A stretch of 64,000 bases of DNA. Source: Amoebidium appalachense (taxonomy: Eukaryota; Protista; Ichthyosporea). Below the pieces are notes generated by a model. It was not told the origin of the DNA, did not search any database, and saw only the letters and a program-made list of their open reading frames with translations. Position numbers and translations under genes: made by a program. The DNA lies in contig CAVNZM010000005.1 in the NCBI GenBank assembly GCA_963693365.1, positions 1,550,001 to 1,614,000 of the forward strand, in the 5' to 3' direction. This document shows, in pieces, positions 58,247 to 64,000 of the stretch; within the stretch, counting starts at the first letter, position 1, and every line of letters begins with the position of its first letter.

Positions 58247-59637
58247 CCTCGCCCACCCAACTCTCTATCTCCCCCTCTGAGTTGGGTTTCGTTAACGAGG
58301 GGAATAGGTCGAAACTCGGGTACTGTGGATGACGTGGGCCCCCCTGAGGATGGGCTCTGCTTATTATGCATACTCTTTATGTATGGCTTGCATTCTGCAT
58401 CGTGTTATCCGTTTGTTCTTGTGTACTTCGTACTTTTTGACGCATTCAAAACCCCCCTCCCCTCCTCTCTCCACCCCCCGCCCCCTCCCCCCACAAAAAA
58501 AAAAAAGAAAAGAAAAGAAAGAAAGAAAGAAAGAAAACTCAATATAGCATAACATAATGTCTCGTCGCCCACTGCACACATACATGCCCGACGACTCACC
58601 AATGATACGCAAAAAATAAAATTTAATGATTGGGCATGCTTGCGTGCCTAAGCATCATTGCCCCCATGTTCTGTATGGGTCGGAGTGATTAGCCCCCATT
58701 TGCAGGTCTAATTAATCTAATGTTACACAACAGCGGCGGCTTACTGAAAATGCGGGTCGAGTGCAGGATAGGCAAGTCTTTCAATGATGGGACCTGGGTG
58801 ATGATGTTCGTGGGACACCGAGTCAGTAGTCACACCAAAGGAGTGCCCAAACTGGAAACATTGGTAGCTTAACAGTTGCAATACGTGTTCGTTTTTTTCG
58901 AGGTCACAAAGCTTCCGAGCATCCTCACTCAATGGGCCTAAGCTTGAGTATGTAGAGGACGGATAAGTCCCGTATCTATAGCGATCACCACGGTCAACTG
59001 CATGCACGGTAATCGGGGCCAAAAGCCTTGACAGAAGGGCTGTGGTGTGGTTCCTGATGTTGGGTGCTGGTACTGCTGGTGTTCCACGGTGGTGGTGATG
59101 GGGACTGGGGGGGTGTACAGGGGGAGGGGCCGCGGGGGGGGGGGGGGAGGGGGGGAGGGGGGGGAGGGGGGGGGGGGGGGCGGAGGGGGGGAGCTGAGAC
59201 GGGACGGATGGAGACTTAGGCTGGTGTCAAGTTGTATGTATGTTGTTTCTCCAGGCTCAGTAGTACTGCAAATCATTCGTTCAGCAAAAGTGTTAGTCGG
59301 TTGGGGTTTACATTTGGGGATTTCTTGGCTGAGTGTGGGCTTGCGGGTGGGCCGGGGGTGGGGGTTGAGGGAGTGGAACCCCCTCCCCTCCCCCCCTCGG
59401 AGCCGCTCCCCCCGCAAACACCTCCCATTGAAAAGTGTGTGATCTGTTCGGGGGAAAAAAAAAAAGAAAAAAAAAAGAAAAAAAAAAAAAAAGGACCCGC
59501 TTCATTCTGTATGCACTGCCGGGCAGGTGCGCTAAAGACAACGGCATCCTACACTAGGGGTCCTTCCAACTCCAAAAATCAAATCCGGCATATGCAGGTC
59601 ATATATCACAGTTTAAACCGATCACACACTTTTCAAT

Positions 59638-60078
59638 GGGCCCAACCACAAGCATCAGAATTAATTTTGCACCGAGCAGATATATTTGAAAACCACAATG
59701 CTATTCTGAAAAATTTATAGTAGTCTGTTTTTTGCAGAATAATTCAGCCCAAATCTGCCTTCAGCTGATTTATTCGGTACTGCAGAAATATGATGCAAAA
59801 AAGCTCTTTTTTTCCTGCTCGCGGGAGCAAAATAAACTTGCTCCAGTAAAAATAATTCTGTTTCAGCGTAAAACAATTCTGCTTTTGCAGAACACTTACT
59901 GTACTGTTTTTCGCAGAATGATTCAGCCCGCATGAGCAGAATACCTAAGCTCTGCTTAAGCTTGCGCAATGAACATGCTTAAAGCAGAACACTTCTGTTT
60001 CTGTACGATAATCCTGCTTTTTGTCGAACTATTCAGCTAGAGGCCACCACAGCAAGTTGATGGTATGTGGTTGGGCTC
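59638..60078. mobile_element. MITE-like non-autonomous DNA transposon, about 440 bp
   Basis: TIRs gggcccaaccaca (59638-59650) and tgtggttgggctc (60066-60078), 12/13 match. The interior is made of degenerate gcagaat/attctgc palindromes. Flanks ttttcaat / ttttcata. Confidence 0.65.
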
Positions 60079-61054
60079 TTTTCATAAAATAGGCTGTAAC
60101 GCAGAAAAATCCGAGTCACGGGCCGCAGTTTGGCCGTGGAGAGGACAGCCAATCATCATAATCCAGTGATTTTCCAGGCTCTAGCTCTGATGCACACCCA
60201 CATGGTAACTCAGTGGAGAACCACAACTGTTACTTGTCATCACGATACGCAAGAGTCTACGCCTTAGGAGACACACACTGGCACTAAGACACAATTACAT
60301 AGGGCCAGAACTGTCACTGCATGCCGCATGAGTCATGAGCTCGAGTAGTGAACGACACAGAACACAAGGCTCGTTTTTTCCCCCTGCATGACCACCGGGG
60401 AAGTCGCCCAATAGGGCAGTTAACGCGTTTGGTTTGATTTTTCAGCAACATGTAGTACCGCAATGTAGCATTTTATGAGGTCAAAACTTTCACTGATGAT
60501 AACAAAAACAATTCAAGTTAATAACACTTGTTTCACTGAACTGACACGTACACAATGTTTCTTATTTCATGGATTCAAACTTGAAGACTTAGTCGCACAT
60601 TCAAGAATTTTCCTACGAATCTGATCATATCGAACTTAGATATGTACACTAGTGATTACCATTGGCAAGTAAAAAAGTCAACTGTTACAGTTGATTAAAT
60701 GTAAATTAAATCCTAGTACGCGGGGTGATTTTTATAGTAAACTTTGAGGAGATTAACGTTTAAGGTACATGAGCGACTCTTCGGGTCATTAAAACTGTTC
60801 ATTGCATATGTCCTTTGATGTTTGCATTTGGGGGTCAATGAAAATGATAACTGGAAATGGGGGTCAATGAAGATGATAACTGGAAGCCTCGATATCATTT
60901 TAAGACGATGGCCCTCCTCGTCACAAATTAGCAGTCTGCTGGTTGCCCGAGAGACAACAGCACATGTGCCTTAAGAACATTTTTCGGTTCGTAGTGGAGA
61001 TGATGATTCGAGATCCCCATGGCCTCTAGGCTCGCAGGTAGAAATGCTTCGCCT

Positions 61055-61658
61055 CTAGCACACACGGCGCACACCAGGTGCCAGGGCTTCGACTGGGTTT
61101 TCAGCAAGCAGTTGGGCAAACATGTCGGCCGGGAGCAATGCCTGCAGCTCGTAGTATTTTGCAGTCACAGCGGCAACGGGGTGTTCCAGCAGGGAGGCAT
61201 TTGCGAGCATGGTTTGCGCAATCATGCACCGCCCCTCCATGGCAGCCATGCCATTTTTGGCGCTAACGTCGCTCCATGGCTCGTAGCTTTCTTCTCCAGT
61301 GATGCGCATGGTGTCGTTTTCGTACTGGCTCTTGGATCCGCTGAAGCGTCGACTGCAACGAAAATCTTTGTGCTTGCTTTCCGTGGGCAAGTGTGTCAGC
61401 AAAGAGTGTTGGTTGGGCCAGTTCAGGGTGGCGGACAACATGGGTGTCGTGCATGGACGCGAAGAATGGGTTTGGGACGTCCACTGGCTCTTCAACAAGT
61501 TGGGCATTAGGCACGGTGTTCTTTTTGGAAGAATGCATCTGTTGGTGGCGGAGTGTAGACTGGAGAAGGCGAAGCATGGGGGCGGCTGACGTTAGCCTGA
61601 GGGGAGAAACGCGGCCAGAAGCGAGCGAGAGGGCAACGCGAGGGGTGAGGCCGGCCAT
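61055..61658 (-). CDS. Hypothetical protein with mitochondrial-presequence-like N-terminus, split over two frames (frameshift, pseudogene or sequence error)
   Basis: ATG 61658 MAGLTPRVALSLASGRVSPLRLTSAAPMLRLLQSTLRHQQ (R/S/L/A rich, no acidic residues). C/G-ending codon bias appears to switch to the +1 frame near 61380, and that frame runs to TAG at 61055. Confidence 0.45.
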
Positions 61659-62587
61659 CTTGAGGGTTTTGAAGGGTATTCGGGTGTGTGTGTACGTGCT
61701 TTTGTGTGTGTACGAGTGCGTTTCAGGCTGCGTAGACCAGAATGATAGCTTTAGCTGGCATCTGCGGTTTTATAGCTGAGATTTCTGGCATCTGCGAAAC
61801 ATCAGTGATTACAGGAATGTATCGAAAGATCAGGCGGGGTGTGTAAATTTTCGAAGTGCAGAAATTTTTCTCTTGACTGGGATTTATTGATCAGTGGATA
61901 TGAAGGCAACGTGCAGCCACAGGCTACATGACCACCAAAATAACCGACTCCGAAAGAGCGACAGCGATGAAATAAAAAACAAGTGACCAAAGGACACCAG
62001 CTGGCAAATGTACAAGTGCACGTGTAATGCAGAAATTATCCAGTACATGCAGATCTGAGAAATAAGAGCTCCCGCAGCGCTAAGTAGCGGCTCCGAGCCT
62101 CCTTCCCCGCCCAAGAGGAAAACAAACAAAAATGCCAGCGAAAACCCACTAACAACCTGATTTGTTCGTATGTATATGAAGAGAATAAAAAATGCCTCTA
62201 TGTATGCTGTGAGCCACCGGTTAGGCTACAGTAGCCTACATAGCCTGGGCACTGCGGAGTAGCGCTACTGTATATATCGCTGCAGCAACTTGCCGGCGCC
62301 AACACCAATAGCTTAAACAAATGCAAAGCCTTTAACCATTGTATGTTTGAAGAAATTTCTCGGGTTTAGGATTAGGTATCTAAGTCGTCATTTTCTCTGT
62401 GTCCAAAAGTAGTGATCACTGTTTGTTGTTGTATATGTATGTATTGTATCTTGAGGGCGAGGCTTGCCTTTTTCTTTTCAAATCAGAAAGAACGATTTTC
62501 ATGATCAGACCCCTCGCTCTAGGGAGCAAATTTTTATCGCCGTTTTTTTTCTGGCGGTGCTACCCTCAATTCCCAAGCTCCTAGGGT

Positions 62588-62756
62588 GTGACGTAATATT
62601 TGGCACGAAATTTATTTGGCACGAGCCTGCAAAACGGTGAAAATGGGGCAGGATGTCGCCCAGGCACCGACACTGTGACAGGGGCTTGGGGATACCCCTG
62701 GATGTGCTCCGCTAGCGGGCTGGTGCCAAATAAATTCGTGCCACATTTTACGTCAC
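62588..62756. repeat. About 40 bp inverted repeat pair (MITE-like or transposon end)
   Basis: gtgacgtaatatttggcacgaaatttatttggcacgagcc (62588-62627) versus ggctggtgccaaataaattcgtgccacattttacgtcac (62718-62756). Extra gtgccaaat units continue to about 62800. Confidence 0.75.
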
Positions 62757-63150
62757 CAGGTTCGTGCCAAATTATTTGGTGCCAAATTTATTTGGGGCAT
62801 AAATGGGTCGGTTCGAACTATTATGGGTCGAATCAGCTCGAATCACTCCTGACCCGTTTTCTTGTGGCTCATCGTTGGTGGCGTCTGATTCGAGGAATAA
62901 ACTCGAAAGGCGGGCCAAGCAAGACCACGTCGACCACGTGCAAGTGGCCTACTTGAACGGGCAGTCACAGCCTGGACTGGCAGTTGACAGGTGTGACACA
63001 GCGCTAGCATCCTTATCATATTGCAGTAGGCTCATATAAAAACAGACAACACCCTTTAATGCTTGATCATAACTGACAGTACATATTTTGTGTGAGCATG
63101 GGTTACAAACATGCTCGCGTTCGCATTGGACGTGGGCAGGCCATTGAGCT

Positions 63151-63448
63151 TTGCTGAGGATTCTCGTTCATGTTATCCTCGCCTTTTGTCTTTTGGCTGC
63201 AGCGGGTTCAACAAACAACCCAGATGGGGTGAACAAAAAAGTCATTAAGGAAAACAAATCTTGGTCTAAAGATCATGCCAAGCTGCAACAGCCATTCGTT
63301 GCACGGTACATTGATTATTGCATAGCGGATCATGAGGACTCTGTCGAGGCTGGCACGTGCCCTCCCCAGCTTCCTGAGGGATTGGGTGTGGCATCAAACC
63401 CGTCATGGCGGCCGGATAGATGCATCTACAGCGGAGGGAGTCCATCAG
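63151..63448 (+). CDS. Probable early exon of a secreted or membrane protein continuing beyond the window
   Basis: Hydrophobic LVHVILAFCLLAAAG followed by a Cys-containing non-repetitive frame, ending at cag|gtgctc with poly-C behind it, like other donors here. No in-frame ATG found. Confidence 0.4.
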
Positions 63449-63824
63449 GTGCTCCCCCCTCCCCCCCTCCCCCCCCCCCCCCCCCCCCCCCCCACAAATG
63501 GACTCTATTCGTGTTGCGTCCTCGCTTTATGCTGCCTTTTCTGCTTTGGATTGCCTCTTACATGTTGCTATCACCCGATAGGGTGTGTGTTACAACGTGT
63601 TCCATATGTTTTGTGTGACCATTCTGTGCAGTGTACCCACTTAAAGCCCACTCCTCCGCTTTTCCCCCTTCCCCCCCTTCCCCTTTAAGCATACAATCAG
63701 TCAAGAGGCAGTACAGGATAATGGGTAGAGAGTTTCTGTGTGTCACGGTGTGTGCCTGTGGGTGTGTGCCTGTCTGTGTGTGTGTGTGTGCCTGTGTGTG
63801 TGTCGTGAGTGTGTGTGTGTGTTG

Positions 63825-63926
<102 letters not shown>

Positions 63927-64000
63927 ACCGTGTGCATTGTGTGTGTGTGTGATGTGGGTGGGTGGGTGGGTACAGAGAAGGGGTTACAGAGAAGGATGAG

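Noticed and set aside
58741-59030. Isolated - strand exon-like ORF (93 aa) with AG and GTAAGC borders
   Set aside because: No partner exons or recognisable family; could be chance.

Overview
Eukaryotic, intron-rich genomic DNA. GT-AG introns are packed with (CA)n/(TG)n microsatellites and 20-60 nt poly-C/poly-G runs, and most short ORFs in the supplied track are artefacts of these repeats. The gene content (myosin II, PCIF1, MFSD1, a Cys-less pLGIC) suggests a unicellular holozoan such as an ichthyosporean; this is inference. Manual splicing gives: (1) a 5'-truncated Cys-less pentameric ligand-gated ion channel-like gene with an apparent fifth TM helix (+, 42-6693); (2) a complete 15-exon myosin II heavy chain (-, 8236-19198, about 1928 aa, one probable GC-AG intron); (3) a near full-length but frameshifted LINE with ORF1, APE-RT ORF2 and poly-A tail (-, about 21657-26150); (4) an intronless orphan ORF (-, 31019-31942); (5) an 11-exon MFSD1-like transporter (+, 33135-42549); (6) a 2-exon prokaryote-type pyrimidine-dimer glycosylase (T4 endonuclease V family) with a tail of VKxE motifs (-, 44926-46262), head-to-head with (7) an intronless PCIF1/CAPAM cap m6Am methyltransferase (+, 47021-48526); (8) a 5-exon GT32 DXD glycosyltransferase (+, 52300-57432); (9) MITE-like elements, minisatellites, local duplications, a split ORF with a mitochondrial-like leader, and a gene fragment at the right edge. 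The most notable items are the glycosylase, the unusual ion channel and the repeat-built intron architecture. No database searches were run; family calls come from motif recognition.
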